A DNA stretch of 57,781 nucleotides, taken from positions 1-57,781 of the forward strand of contig JBFWNO010000004.1 in assembly GCA_050251015.1 (NCBI GenBank). The letters run 5' to 3'. The notes below the pieces were generated by a model. It searched no databases. It was not told the origin of the DNA and worked only from the letters and a program-made list of their open reading frames with translations. Shown here in pieces: positions 35,587-44,392 of this stretch (position 1 is the stretch's first letter; every line of letters starts with the position of its first letter). The DNA is from Planctomycetota bacterium (GTDB lineage Bacteria > Planctomycetota > JBFWNO01). Position numbers and translations under genes: made by a program.

Positions 35587-36909
35587 ATGAAAATGGAAGA
35601 GTTGAAGGCTGACAGCAGGCTCTGGTCGAAGAACTTGATGCCCGGTGAGGACCTCAAGATCAACCTTTACGAGGCGGCCACTGGCCAATTCTTGAAGGTG
35701 GCCGACATGGTCTCGCTGAAAACCCCCTACAAGACCATCCTCAGCCAACCCAAGAGCGAAATCATCGTCAATTTCCCGGTGGCCATGGATGACGGCAGTT
35801 ACCGCCTGTTCAAGGGCTACCGCATCCAGCACAACAACCTGCTCGGCCCCTACAAGGGGGGTATACGTTTCCACCCCGACGTCCACTTGGATGAGGTCAA
35901 GGCCCTGGCTGCCTGGATGACCTGGAAGTGCGCCTTGTGCGAGGTCCCGTTCGGTGGGGCAAAAGGTGGCATCAAGTTCAACCCCCGTGAGTTTTCTCGA
36001 GAGGAACTGAAAAAGATCACCCGTCGCTTCACCCATGCACTGGGGAACAACATCGGTCCCGAATACGACATCCCCGCACCCGACATGGGATCGGATGCCC
36101 AGATCATGGTGTGGATGATGGATACCTATGCCAACAGCAATAACTCGCTCGACAGGCAAAACGTCAAGCGGGTGGTCACAGGCAAAACCATCGAGTGCGG
36201 AGGGTGCTTGGGCCGAGAAAAGGCCACCGGTCAGGGTTTGGTGTACGGGCTCCAGCATTATTGCGAGGAGACTGGCCGGAAAATTGAGGGGGCCACGGTG
36301 GCCATCCAGGGCTTTGGCAATGTGGGAAGCCACACCGGCAGGATCATGGCCGGGCTCGGAGCGAAGATCTTGGCGGTGGGAGACCATACAGGCTATGTCC
36401 GCAATCAGCGCGGACTCGACACCCATGCTCTGCATGCCCATGTGGCTTCGACCGGTGGTGTGAAGGGTTTCAAGGGTGGCGAAGTCATCACTCGAGAGGA
36501 CTTCTTCTCCAGTGAGGTTGATTTCCTGATTCCGGCGGCCCTCGAAAACCAGATCACCCTGGATAATGCGAATAGCATCCGCGCCAAGGTGGTGGTGGAG
36601 GCGGCCAACGGTCCCACAACCTATCCGGCCGAGCAGGTGCTCCTCTCGAAGGGAATCGAAGTGCTGCCCGACATCCTCATGAACGCTGGCGGTGTGATCG
36701 TGTCTTATTTTGAGTGGCTTCTGAATAAGAACAGCCGCCACTGGGAATTGGAAGAGGTTGACCAGAAACTCAAGAGGATGATCTGGAAGGCTTGCGAGAA
36801 TGTGAAGCGCCTCAAGGAGAAATACAAGTGTTCGCCTCGAGATGCCGCCTACGCGGTGGCTCTAGAGAGAATCCAGATCGTCTATGACCAGCGTGGGATC
36901 TTCCCGTGA
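35587..36909 (+). CDS. gdhA: Glutamate dehydrogenase (Glu/Leu/Phe/Val dehydrogenase family)
   Basis: GPYKGGIRFHPDVHLDEVKALAAWMTWKCALCEVPFGGAKGGI and the NAD(P) fold IQGFGNVGSH. Confidence 0.93.
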   Translation: MKMEELKADSRLWSKNLMPGEDLKINLYEAATGQFLKVADMVSLKTPYKTILSQPKSEIIVNFPVAMDDGSYRLFKGYRIQHNNLLGPYKGGIRFHPDVHLDEVKALAAWMTWKCALCEVPFGGAKGGIKFNPREFSREELKKITRRFTHALGNNIGPEYDIPAPDMGSDAQIMVWMMDTYANSNNSLDRQNVKRVVTGKTIECGGCLGREKATGQGLVYGLQHYCEETGRKIEGATVAIQGFGNVGSHTGRIMAGLGAKILAVGDHTGYVRNQRGLDTHALHAHVASTGGVKGFKGGEVITREDFFSSEVDFLIPAALENQITLDNANSIRAKVVVEAANGPTTYPAEQVLLSKGIEVLPDILMNAGGVIVSYFEWLLNKNSRHWELEEVDQKLKRMIWKACENVKRLKEKYKCSPRDAAYAVALERIQIVYDQRGIFP

Positions 36910-38060
36910 CGACGTACCGGTTGGTCACCTTGGGAGGGGATGGTACAGGTCCAGAAGTGATGGCCGAAGCCGTCAAGTGCCTCGATGTCATCCAGAAGAA
37001 GCTGGGGCTCACTTTCGAGCGCCGGGATGTTCCCTGTGGCGGCGCTTACTTCCTGAAGGATGGCAAACGGGATTGGCCTGAAGGTTCCGAGAAGGCCTGT
37101 CAGGAAAGTGACCTGATTCTCCTGGGTGCCGTGGGCTGGCCCTCGCCGACTGGCAAGGGGCCGGTCACCATGCCCGATGGCCGCATGGCCGGGCATTCCC
37201 CTGTCATTGGCAACAGGGCCAACCTCAATCTCTTTGCCAATGTGCGCCCGGTGAAGCTCTATCCCGGAGTCACACACCGCATCCACGGGTCGCACAAGCA
37301 GGTGTGGGAACCCGGTAAGGTCGATATGGTGTTCGTCAGGGAAAACACCGAGGATCTCTATGTCCAGGCAGGGGGGGGGCTTGACCGCGGTGGCAAGCGA
37401 TTGGTGGTTACCGATACGCGTATCATCACCCGCGAGGGCACGGATCAGGTTGTCCGTTACGCCTTTGAACTCTGCAAACGCCGCAACAAGGGTGCTCCGG
37501 GCGATGGCAAGAAGCGCGTGACCTGCATCGTGAAAGACAATGTCCTGGAAGGCTGCCGCTTCTTCAAGCGCCGTTTCCTGGAGATCGGCGAGGAATACCC
37601 CGATATCGAGAAAGATCCGGTGATTGTGGACGCCTTCACCCAATGGCTGGTCACCAGCCCCGAGAATTTTGACGTGCTGGTGGCCCCGAACATGTTCGGC
37701 GACATCGTCACCGACTTGGCCAGTGTCCTCCAAGGGGGGATGGGTATGGCTGCGGGTGCCAACATCGGTCCGCAGCATGGCATGTTTGAGCCCATCCACG
37801 GATCAGCCCCCAAGCACGCCGGCCTCGACAAGGTGAATCCCCTGGCGATGATCATGGCCCTCCGCGAGGGATTGATCTGGCTGGGAGAGCGCAAGCAGGA
37901 CCCCAAACTCCAAAAGGCAGCCGGTGCCATCGAGGCTTCCGTCATCGAGCTTCTCAAGATGGGTTCGCCCTTGACCTACGATCTGGCTCCCTCAGGCAAG
38001 GGGGCCAAATGCTCGGAGGTGGGGTCGAAAATGGCCCAACTCATCGGGGAGCGTCTTTAA
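36906..38060 (+). CDS. Isocitrate/isopropylmalate dehydrogenase-family enzyme (substrate not assignable)
   Basis: GTG start in a GTGA overlap with gdhA. LGGDGTGPEVM, NLFANVRPVK, VRENTEDLY, NMFGDIVTDLASVLQGGMGMAAGANIG, FEPIHGSAPKHAG. Confidence 0.8.
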   Translation: MTTYRLVTLGGDGTGPEVMAEAVKCLDVIQKKLGLTFERRDVPCGGAYFLKDGKRDWPEGSEKACQESDLILLGAVGWPSPTGKGPVTMPDGRMAGHSPVIGNRANLNLFANVRPVKLYPGVTHRIHGSHKQVWEPGKVDMVFVRENTEDLYVQAGGGLDRGGKRLVVTDTRIITREGTDQVVRYAFELCKRRNKGAPGDGKKRVTCIVKDNVLEGCRFFKRRFLEIGEEYPDIEKDPVIVDAFTQWLVTSPENFDVLVAPNMFGDIVTDLASVLQGGMGMAAGANIGPQHGMFEPIHGSAPKHAGLDKVNPLAMIMALREGLIWLGERKQDPKLQKAAGAIEASVIELLKMGSPLTYDLAPSGKGAKCSEVGSKMAQLIGERL

Positions 38061-38083
38061 GTAGCTTCTGATAGCCTGAAGGC

Positions 38084-39439
38084 ATGAACAAAGCCTTGGG
38101 CATTGTTATCCTAGCGGGTGTGACCCTGCTCCTGCATGCCTATGTCGGCGTATGGTCCGGTCCGCCTCGCGATGACGAATCGGGATATCTCCGATACGCC
38201 ACTTCATTCTGGACCTTTGCCCTCGAGGGCAATCAACACGATCCCAAGGATGCCCTGCCCTTCTGGTGGCCGCCAGGGGCTCCCTTCATCCTGTGGTGCC
38301 TCAGATCGTTGGGGTTGGAATCGGTGGAGTCGCTCCGGATGGCCATGCATGCTGTGGCAGCCTTGATCCCGCCTCTGACTTGGCTTTGGGCCCGGACTCT
38401 GCTTCCTGCGCCCTGGGCCTTTCTGGCGGGTGTTCTTTGTGCCCTCGATCCCTATGTGGCGCGTGAAAGCGGGATGGTGCAGAGCGATCTCCTTTTTGTC
38501 TTGGCTTGCCTGGGCCTCTACCGTCTGCCCTTGGCGGGGCGTACGGGGTGGGGATGTTTCCGGCTTGGTTTGATTCTTGGACTGATGGGACTTTTGAGGA
38601 CGGCTGTTGTGTTCTTTGTGCCTTTTGTGGTGTGGGAGCTTTGGCGCTTGAGTCACCTGCCTCGGGGTCCTGTCGCCGGTCGTCCGTTCGGTGCTCGCGA
38701 GGACGCTCCGTGCCGAGACGGACACCTACCGGCGCCACCCCTCGTGCATCAGTCTTCTTCTGTAGGGGCGCATGGCAATGCGCCTGCACGCATAAAAGGC
38801 ATTGTTTTTTTGATGATGGGGGTTGTTCTCGGCCTTTCACCCCTTTTGATTCGAAATTATCTCCTCACCGACCGCGTGTTCCTCACCAAGGTCTCGGGTT
38901 TTGTCCTGGTGGCCAACAATGCTCCCTTTCATCTTGAGGAAGGCTGGACTGTTCCAGGCATGGGCCTTCGCCGGGCGGTGACCCTGCATCCCAACACCTG
39001 CGGGCTGGTTGATACGCGTCATGCGGCCACCCTCCCCGCCTTGGAGCGCGATGACTATTACGCCAGCCAGGCCAGGGATTTCATGGCTAAACACCCTTCC
39101 ATGTGGTGGATCAATGCCTATCACCGCGTGTTGGCCATGTTCCATTTGTACCCACCCTCAGGCCCCGAGGACGCGGGCGGGCTCAGGATCCTGGTGCTCG
39201 TCGGCTTCACGATCCTTGTGGCCCTGGGACTGGTGGGCCTGATCACTACTTGGCGAGACGAACGTTTCGCCTGGTGCCGTGTGGCCTGGGGGGGTGTGAC
39301 CCTGCTCGCGTTTTGCACGATGGTGCAGATGCGCTACCGCTTTCCCCTCCATCCCGCGATCTTCATCCTGGCCGTGGTGGGTTGGCGCTCCCTGCTCACT
39401 TCAGGGCCTGCTCCGTCCGGACGATCTGCTCCTCGATGA
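38084..39439 (+). CDS. Polytopic membrane protein, ArnT/PMT_2-like GT-C candidate with a repeat-derived loop insertion
   Basis: First loop GPPRDDESGYLRYATSFW, followed by multiple TM segments. The loop at 38682-38787 is hairpin-rich and non-hydrophobic. The 3' end overlaps the convergent sigma gene by 44 nt. Confidence 0.7.
   Translation: MNKALGIVILAGVTLLLHAYVGVWSGPPRDDESGYLRYATSFWTFALEGNQHDPKDALPFWWPPGAPFILWCLRSLGLESVESLRMAMHAVAALIPPLTWLWARTLLPAPWAFLAGVLCALDPYVARESGMVQSDLLFVLACLGLYRLPLAGRTGWGCFRLGLILGLMGLLRTAVVFFVPFVVWELWRLSHLPRGPVAGRPFGAREDAPCRDGHLPAPPLVHQSSSVGAHGNAPARIKGIVFLMMGVVLGLSPLLIRNYLLTDRVFLTKVSGFVLVANNAPFHLEEGWTVPGMGLRRAVTLHPNTCGLVDTRHAATLPALERDDYYASQARDFMAKHPSMWWINAYHRVLAMFHLYPPSGPEDAGGLRILVLVGFTILVALGLVGLITTWRDERFAWCRVAWGGVTLLAFCTMVQMRYRFPLHPAIFILAVVGWRSLLTSGPAPSGRSAPR
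38682..38787. repeat. Hairpin-rich, repeat-like insertion inside a CDS (single copy in this window)
   Basis: Imperfect inverted repeat GTCCGTTCGGTGC (38682-38694) / GTGCCGAGACGGAC (38710-23), and a stem GGCGCAT (38767-73) GGCA ATGCGCC (38778-84). It translates as GRPFGAREDAPCRDG...VGAHGNAPAR, a peptide style typical of translated REP elements. I have not confirmed that it is repeated elsewhere. Confidence 0.3.
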
Positions 39440-41120
39440 TTTTCTTGAGTTCGGGATCGGCGGTGGCCGAGGACTCGTTGCGAAGGAATTCGAGCACCTT
39501 GGCATCCTTCCGACCCCCCAGTCCCCTGTATGCGGCCTGCAGGGTATCGGGATCTCCCCATCCTTTTTCTCTCACCACATATTGAAGACCCTCAATGGCT
39601 TCTGGGCCCCTGGCTTGAACCAGAAGTCCGAGGCCTGACCGCCTTTTTTGGAGATTGGCATCCTGCCTGACGCAGTCGAAGGCGTAACGAGTGAGCCTGG
39701 CATTGAGTTCCGGAGTCAATTTGCCTGAAACAGCCACGTAAGCTTTTGTGACCGGATTCGACCAGGTCATGTAGTCGAGAGCCGAGGCCTGGAACGGCTC
39801 GGGGTAGCCTTCGCCTTTTTCAAGTCTTTCCAACAGTCGTTCCACAGAGATATTGATGGCCTCTTTGGAAGGATTGGGCGCCATGGCGGCCGAGAAGACC
39901 ATCAGCTTGTAAATATCGCTGTGCATTTGCGGATCATCGCTTTCCGCATCAAGCCCATTGAGAATCTCGTAATCCTCATGGCTGAACTTGCCGAGGACGC
40001 TGATGAGTTTCATGCCTTCCTGCATCGAATTTGACCCACCACTTTCAAGGGCCTTGAGGATTAGAGTGGTTTCCTCCAGAAGGGCCTTGGCTTTGGCCGC
40101 TTGCTCCTCGGAGGGTGCCTTAGGGGCCTGTGCTGTGGCCGTCACAGGAGCGGCCTTGGCGGCAGACTCCAGAAGGGCCAGACGTTTTTCCAGCTTGGAC
40201 TTGGTTTCCTCTGCAACCCGATGCAATGTACGCATAGACTCCAGCTCAGCCTGGACCTTGTTGCGTTCGGATTGGGCCAGTTTGAGCTTGGCCTCAACTT
40301 CCTGGATGAGGGCCGAGTGGCGAGAATGCTCCATTGACACGGTGGCCTGATTGTCAGGAGGGGTTGTGCCCACGCCCATGTGCTGGGCTCCCTCGTACCC
40401 AGCCGTGATGCCAATCACTGTGCATACAGAGGCTCCGATAATCCATTTGGTGTTCATGAGGAGGGCTCCTTTGATGAGGGTTCCGGTGGCCACGGCACCT
40501 ACCCCGACCGGGGCGGATGCCATGGCTGTGATGATCTTTGTCTTTAAGGCAGCTGGCACGGGAGCCAGGGTTGATGAGTCCATCAGCTGATTGAGTGGGA
40601 CAACGCTCATGGCCAACCGGGTCCTTAACAAGCCCAGGGCTTTTTCCAGCCTTACGGAAACGGTTTTCTGAGTGCAATCCAAAACGGAGGCGATTTGGGT
40701 TTGAGTCAGCTTGTGAAAGTAGGAAAGGATCACACTTTCTCGGAGGTCCTCCGGCAGGGATTGCACGGCGTGGTGCAATCGAGCCCTGTCCTCTTCGCGG
40801 ATGATGGTGGTGGAGGGGGATTCCTCCATGCGCTCAAGACATTCGTCCTTGTATCCCGTCATGGTTCTCTCCCGGCTCGAGCGCGAGCGCTGGTGACTAC
40901 GGATGGTGGTGAAGGCGATCTTGAGCATCCAGTGTTCCCGGGGGGCTTCTCCCCTGAAGGTGTTCCAATGCGACAGGATCTTGAGCGCGGCCTCCTGGGT
41001 GGCATCTTCGGCGTCCTTGGGATCTTTGAAGTTGTAATGAGCCATTGTGTAGAGGCGAGGTAGCACCTCCAGCACCTGATCCTTGGGATCCTTCAATGTT
41101 GTGGTGTTCACATCATTCAC
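39396..41120 (-). CDS. ECF-type sigma-70 factor fused to a TM segment, a coiled coil and a large helical C-terminal domain
   Basis: GTG start. Region 2: DAEDATQEAALKILSHWNTFRGE...WMLKIAFTTIRSHQRS. Region 4: LPEDLRESVILSYFHKLTQTQIASVLDCTQKTVSVRLEKALGLLR. These are followed by a hydrophobic WIIGASVCTVIGITAGY segment, a coiled coil (EVEAKLKLAQSERNKVQAELESMR...) and about 230 aa of helical tail. Confidence 0.8.
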   Translation of the reverse strand: MNDVNTTTLKDPKDQVLEVLPRLYTMAHYNFKDPKDAEDATQEAALKILSHWNTFRGEAPREHWMLKIAFTTIRSHQRSRSSRERTMTGYKDECLERMEESPSTTIIREEDRARLHHAVQSLPEDLRESVILSYFHKLTQTQIASVLDCTQKTVSVRLEKALGLLRTRLAMSVVPLNQLMDSSTLAPVPAALKTKIITAMASAPVGVGAVATGTLIKGALLMNTKWIIGASVCTVIGITAGYEGAQHMGVGTTPPDNQATVSMEHSRHSALIQEVEAKLKLAQSERNKVQAELESMRTLHRVAEETKSKLEKRLALLESAAKAAPVTATAQAPKAPSEEQAAKAKALLEETTLILKALESGGSNSMQEGMKLISVLGKFSHEDYEILNGLDAESDDPQMHSDIYKLMVFSAAMAPNPSKEAINISVERLLERLEKGEGYPEPFQASALDYMTWSNPVTKAYVAVSGKLTPELNARLTRYAFDCVRQDANLQKRRSGLGLLVQARGPEAIEGLQYVVREKGWGDPDTLQAAYRGLGGRKDAKVLEFLRNESSATADPELKKIIEEQIVRTEQALK

Positions 41121-41173
41121 GACGCAGCATGTCTCCGGGATATACCTTGTCTTTCAGAAAAAGGATGGCCCCC

Positions 41174-42142
41174 TCAATTTTTGGCAAATTTCGGGCATAT
41201 TTCCTTGAAATTGCAGAACCGGCATGAGGATTCATCCCTGGCCAAGGCAAAACCTTCCTCGGCGATGGGCACATTGTTGATCTCATCCACCAGCAGACTT
41301 TTCATGTCCTTGATGCAGCCGCGGAGGGTGGCCTTGGTGTGCTCGGCCTCGGATTCCGACACGTCGTAGGCCAGATCCACGCCATGCTGAAGGTTCACCT
41401 CGCAACCCCGCAGGTCGGCCACCTTGAATCCATGGACCTTTTGGGCATACATGGCATAGGTGGCCAGTTGGAGCGGCGCCGGGCGATCTCCGGCCTTGCC
41501 TGTCTTCCAATCCACAATGACCTTGGAATCCCCATCCCTGTAGAAAAGGTCCAGGACCACCCAGATCTTGGTTCCCTCAAACTCGAAGGATGTGAGTCTT
41601 TCGATCTCGATGAAATTCTCCTTGGGCATGGTTCGGAGATGATCGAAGAGGGGGAGGGTGTAAAAACGGCCCAGACAACGGCGCACAAGATCGGCGTTAT
41701 CTCGCCACGCTGAAGCCGGGATGTTTTCCTTGTAATGGTGTTCCACAAGCCCCGGTTCCCGTTTGGGATCCTCCAGGTAGCGCCCATCGCGGCTGGAGGC
41801 AAATTCGCGGCGCATCTCCTCCAGGGTGATCTCGATGCTTTCTTCGGGAGGCAGGATCTTGATGCCCCTCACCAGGTTGTTCAGGCATCGTTCGATGGCG
41901 GCGTGCACCTTGGTCCCGGCCCACATCTGCCGGCTTTTGAGGTTCTTGAGCACGTAGGCCCGTCTGGAGCGCTTTTCAGCCCTGGCGTTCCATCCACCCC
42001 AACTCAAATAGTATTGGTAGTAGTACCGCCGGGCGCAGTCTTGAAAGGTGTTGTTCCTGCTGGGGCTCCAGGAGAAATCGTTCTTGAGGTCGGCCATGGG
42101 GAAATTGTATCGGAACCTGTTGTCATGCAAGGGGTTAGGCAC
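41174..42142 (-). CDS. PD-(D/E)XK nuclease of Cas4/AddB type with a four-Cys (Fe-S) signature
   Basis: Nuclease core IEIERL...VVLDLFYRDGDSKVIVDWKTGK (E...D...DxK) and the QLATYAMYA (QxxxY) motif. Cys pattern FQDC...CRFCNFKEIC (C...CxxCx5C). An alternative ATG lies at 42097. Confidence 0.75.
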   Translation of the reverse strand: MPNPLHDNRFRYNFPMADLKNDFSWSPSRNNTFQDCARRYYYQYYLSWGGWNARAEKRSRRAYVLKNLKSRQMWAGTKVHAAIERCLNNLVRGIKILPPEESIEITLEEMRREFASSRDGRYLEDPKREPGLVEHHYKENIPASAWRDNADLVRRCLGRFYTLPLFDHLRTMPKENFIEIERLTSFEFEGTKIWVVLDLFYRDGDSKVIVDWKTGKAGDRPAPLQLATYAMYAQKVHGFKVADLRGCEVNLQHGVDLAYDVSESEAEHTKATLRGCIKDMKSLLVDEINNVPIAEEGFALARDESSCRFCNFKEICPKFAKN

Positions 42143-42159
42143 TAAAATGCGCCTTTGAC

Positions 42160-43116
42160 ATGATCCCCGGCCTGCTAGAGCTCGAAACCATCACCTCGAA
42201 GGAGCTCGAGGCCATCTTCCATGAGGCCGACGGATTCTTCGAGGCCGCCGAAGGCAAGGTCGAAAGGAAAGATCTCGCCGGGCGCACCATCGCGAACCTG
42301 TTCTTCGAGGATTCCACCCGCACGGCCAACTCCTTCTACCTCGCGGGCCGCCGGTTGGGAGCCACCGTGCTCGATTTCACCGGAGCGGGAAGTTCGCTGA
42401 GCAAGGGCGAGACTCTTCTCGACACGGCCAAGAACATCTGTGCGATGGGGGTGGACCTCTTCGTGGTGCGCCATGTATCGCCCGGTGCTCCCCACATGAT
42501 CGCCCAGGCCTTGGGCAAACCCGTGGTCAATGCCGGGGATGGCAGTCACGAGCACCCCACGCAGGGACTTCTGGATGCCTATACCCTCTACCGTGAGGTG
42601 GGTTCCGTCAAGAAGCTCAAGGAACTCACCGTGGCCATTGTGGGAGACATCCTCCACAGCCGTGTGGCCCGCAGCAACATCCACGCCCTCAAGGCGCTGG
42701 GTTGCCGAGTGATTCTTGTGGGCCCTCCCGCTCTTCTGCCTCCTCATTTTGCGGGCCTGGGCTGTGAGATCCGCCACAGCCTCGACGAGGTACTCTCTGA
42801 GGTGGATGTGCTCAACTTCCTCCGCCTGCAGAACGAACGGATGCAATCGGGGCTCGTGGCCTCACTCCGCGAATACAAGTACCTCTACGGGATGACGGCC
42901 GAACGCCTGAAGAAGTGCCGCAAAAACGTCTTCATCATGCACCCCGGTCCGATGAATCGCGGCGTAGAGATCGATCCCGAGGTGGCGGATGGCCCTCGGA
43001 GCCTGATCTTCAAGCAGGTCACCTGCGGAATGGCCGTCCGCATGGCCGTGCTCACCCGCCTCATCGGCAAGGCCCCTTCCCAAACCAGCAAGTCCTCAAG
43101 AAAGGCGCGTGAATAA
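42160..43116 (+). CDS. pyrB: Aspartate carbamoyltransferase catalytic subunit
   Basis: FFEDSTRTANSF (STRT), HPTQGLLD, HPGPMNRGVEI. Confidence 0.95.
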   Translation: MIPGLLELETITSKELEAIFHEADGFFEAAEGKVERKDLAGRTIANLFFEDSTRTANSFYLAGRRLGATVLDFTGAGSSLSKGETLLDTAKNICAMGVDLFVVRHVSPGAPHMIAQALGKPVVNAGDGSHEHPTQGLLDAYTLYREVGSVKKLKELTVAIVGDILHSRVARSNIHALKALGCRVILVGPPALLPPHFAGLGCEIRHSLDEVLSEVDVLNFLRLQNERMQSGLVASLREYKYLYGMTAERLKKCRKNVFIMHPGPMNRGVEIDPEVADGPRSLIFKQVTCGMAVRMAVLTRLIGKAPSQTSKSSRKARE

Positions 43117-43117
43117 C

Positions 43118-44392
43118 ATGGCTGAGCTCTACACCGGCGCCAGGATGGTGGACCCGAAAAACGGCAAGGATGAGCTCCTGGACTTCCTCGTGGTGGATGG
43201 TCGGATTGCCAAAGTGGGCAAACAGCTACATGTTGCGGGCGCGAAGACGCACAAGCTCGATGGCAGGCTGGTGATCCCCGGTGTGGTGGACATGCACGTT
43301 CACTTCCGTGAGCCCGGTACCGGTGGCGAGACGATCAAGAGCGGGGCGGCCGCAGCCCTTCGTGGCGGTGTCACCACGGTGGCTGCCATGCCCAACACCG
43401 ATCCCGCGATCGATTCCGTCACCAACCTCAGGAGTGTGAAGGCCCTGGCGGAGCTGGCAGGCCTGGCCCGAGTCCACTTCATCTGCGCCATGACACGGGC
43501 AAGGCAGGGCAAGGAGATCGTGGAGGTGGCCCTTCTCAAGCGCGAGGGAGCCGTGGCCTTCTCGGATGACGGAGCCCCAGTGGCCGATTCAGGAGTCATG
43601 AGGCTGGGGATGCTCGCGGCGGCCCAGGCCGGGGCTCCGGTGATCAATCATTGCGAGGAGCCCAGCCTCAGTTGTGGCGGCGTGATGCACGAGGGGCTTG
43701 TGAGCGTGAGAAAGGGTCTCAAGGGTCAACCCGGCCTGAGTGAAAGCGTGATGGTCGGTCGCGATCTCATGTTGGCCGCCGAGACGGGAGCGCATTACCA
43801 CGTGGCCCATGTCTCCACGGCCGGTTCTCTGGAGCAGGTCCGCTGGGCCCGCACAAAGGGTGTGAAGGTCAGCGCCGAGGTGGCTCCCCACCATTTCATC
43901 CTTACCGACGAGGATATCCCCGGCTACGACACCAACTACAAGATGAACCCGCCTCTGCGTACCAAGGCCGATGTGCAGGCCATGATCGAGGGTTTGAAGT
44001 CAGGGCTTATCGAGGTGATCGCCAGCGACCATGCACCGCATCCGCTCGACAAGAAATCGCTGGAATTCGACAAAGCCCCCTTTGGCATCATGGGTGTGGA
44101 AACCATCCTGCCCCTTTCGATCAAGTACCTGGTGCACAAGGGGCACCTGTCGCTTTCGAAGGTGGTCGCCTGTCTCACCTGCAACCCGGCCCGCGTGCTG
44201 GGCCTGGACGCCGGCCATTTGGGCGAGGGAGCCCCGGCCGACTTCGTGGTGATCGACCCTGACAAGCCCTCGACCTACGATGTGAGTGCTTCCCCGTCCC
44301 TGAGCCGCAACACGCCCTTCCAGGGTGAGAAGTTCCCCATCACCCTCTTGGCCACCTTCGTCGGCGGGCGCCTCTTGCACGGGAAGCTCTGA
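43118..44392 (+). CDS. pyrC: Dihydroorotase
   Basis: ATG at 43118 (MAELYTGARMVDP); the ORF is open from GTG 43109. VDMHVHFREPG, AAMPNT, HVAHVST, ASDHAPH. Confidence 0.9.
   Translation: MAELYTGARMVDPKNGKDELLDFLVVDGRIAKVGKQLHVAGAKTHKLDGRLVIPGVVDMHVHFREPGTGGETIKSGAAAALRGGVTTVAAMPNTDPAIDSVTNLRSVKALAELAGLARVHFICAMTRARQGKEIVEVALLKREGAVAFSDDGAPVADSGVMRLGMLAAAQAGAPVINHCEEPSLSCGGVMHEGLVSVRKGLKGQPGLSESVMVGRDLMLAAETGAHYHVAHVSTAGSLEQVRWARTKGVKVSAEVAPHHFILTDEDIPGYDTNYKMNPPLRTKADVQAMIEGLKSGLIEVIASDHAPHPLDKKSLEFDKAPFGIMGVETILPLSIKYLVHKGHLSLSKVVACLTCNPARVLGLDAGHLGEGAPADFVVIDPDKPSTYDVSASPSLSRNTPFQGEKFPITLLATFVGGRLLHGKL

Noticed and set aside
35137-36741. 534-aa minus-strand ORF, the longest antisense ORF in the window
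   Set aside because: It lies fully antisense to gltX and gdhA, both of which have unmistakable family motifs. Its translation is low-complexity (rich in G/H/R/L/V) with no recognisable domain. This is a typical shadow ORF of a GC-rich genome.
37371-37379. G9 homopolymer in the IDH/IPMDH-family gene as a phase-variation switch
   Set aside because: It encodes Gly-Gly-Gly in frame in a metabolic housekeeping-type enzyme. There is no reason to expect contingency behaviour, and a Gly-rich loop in a GC-rich genome is the more likely explanation.
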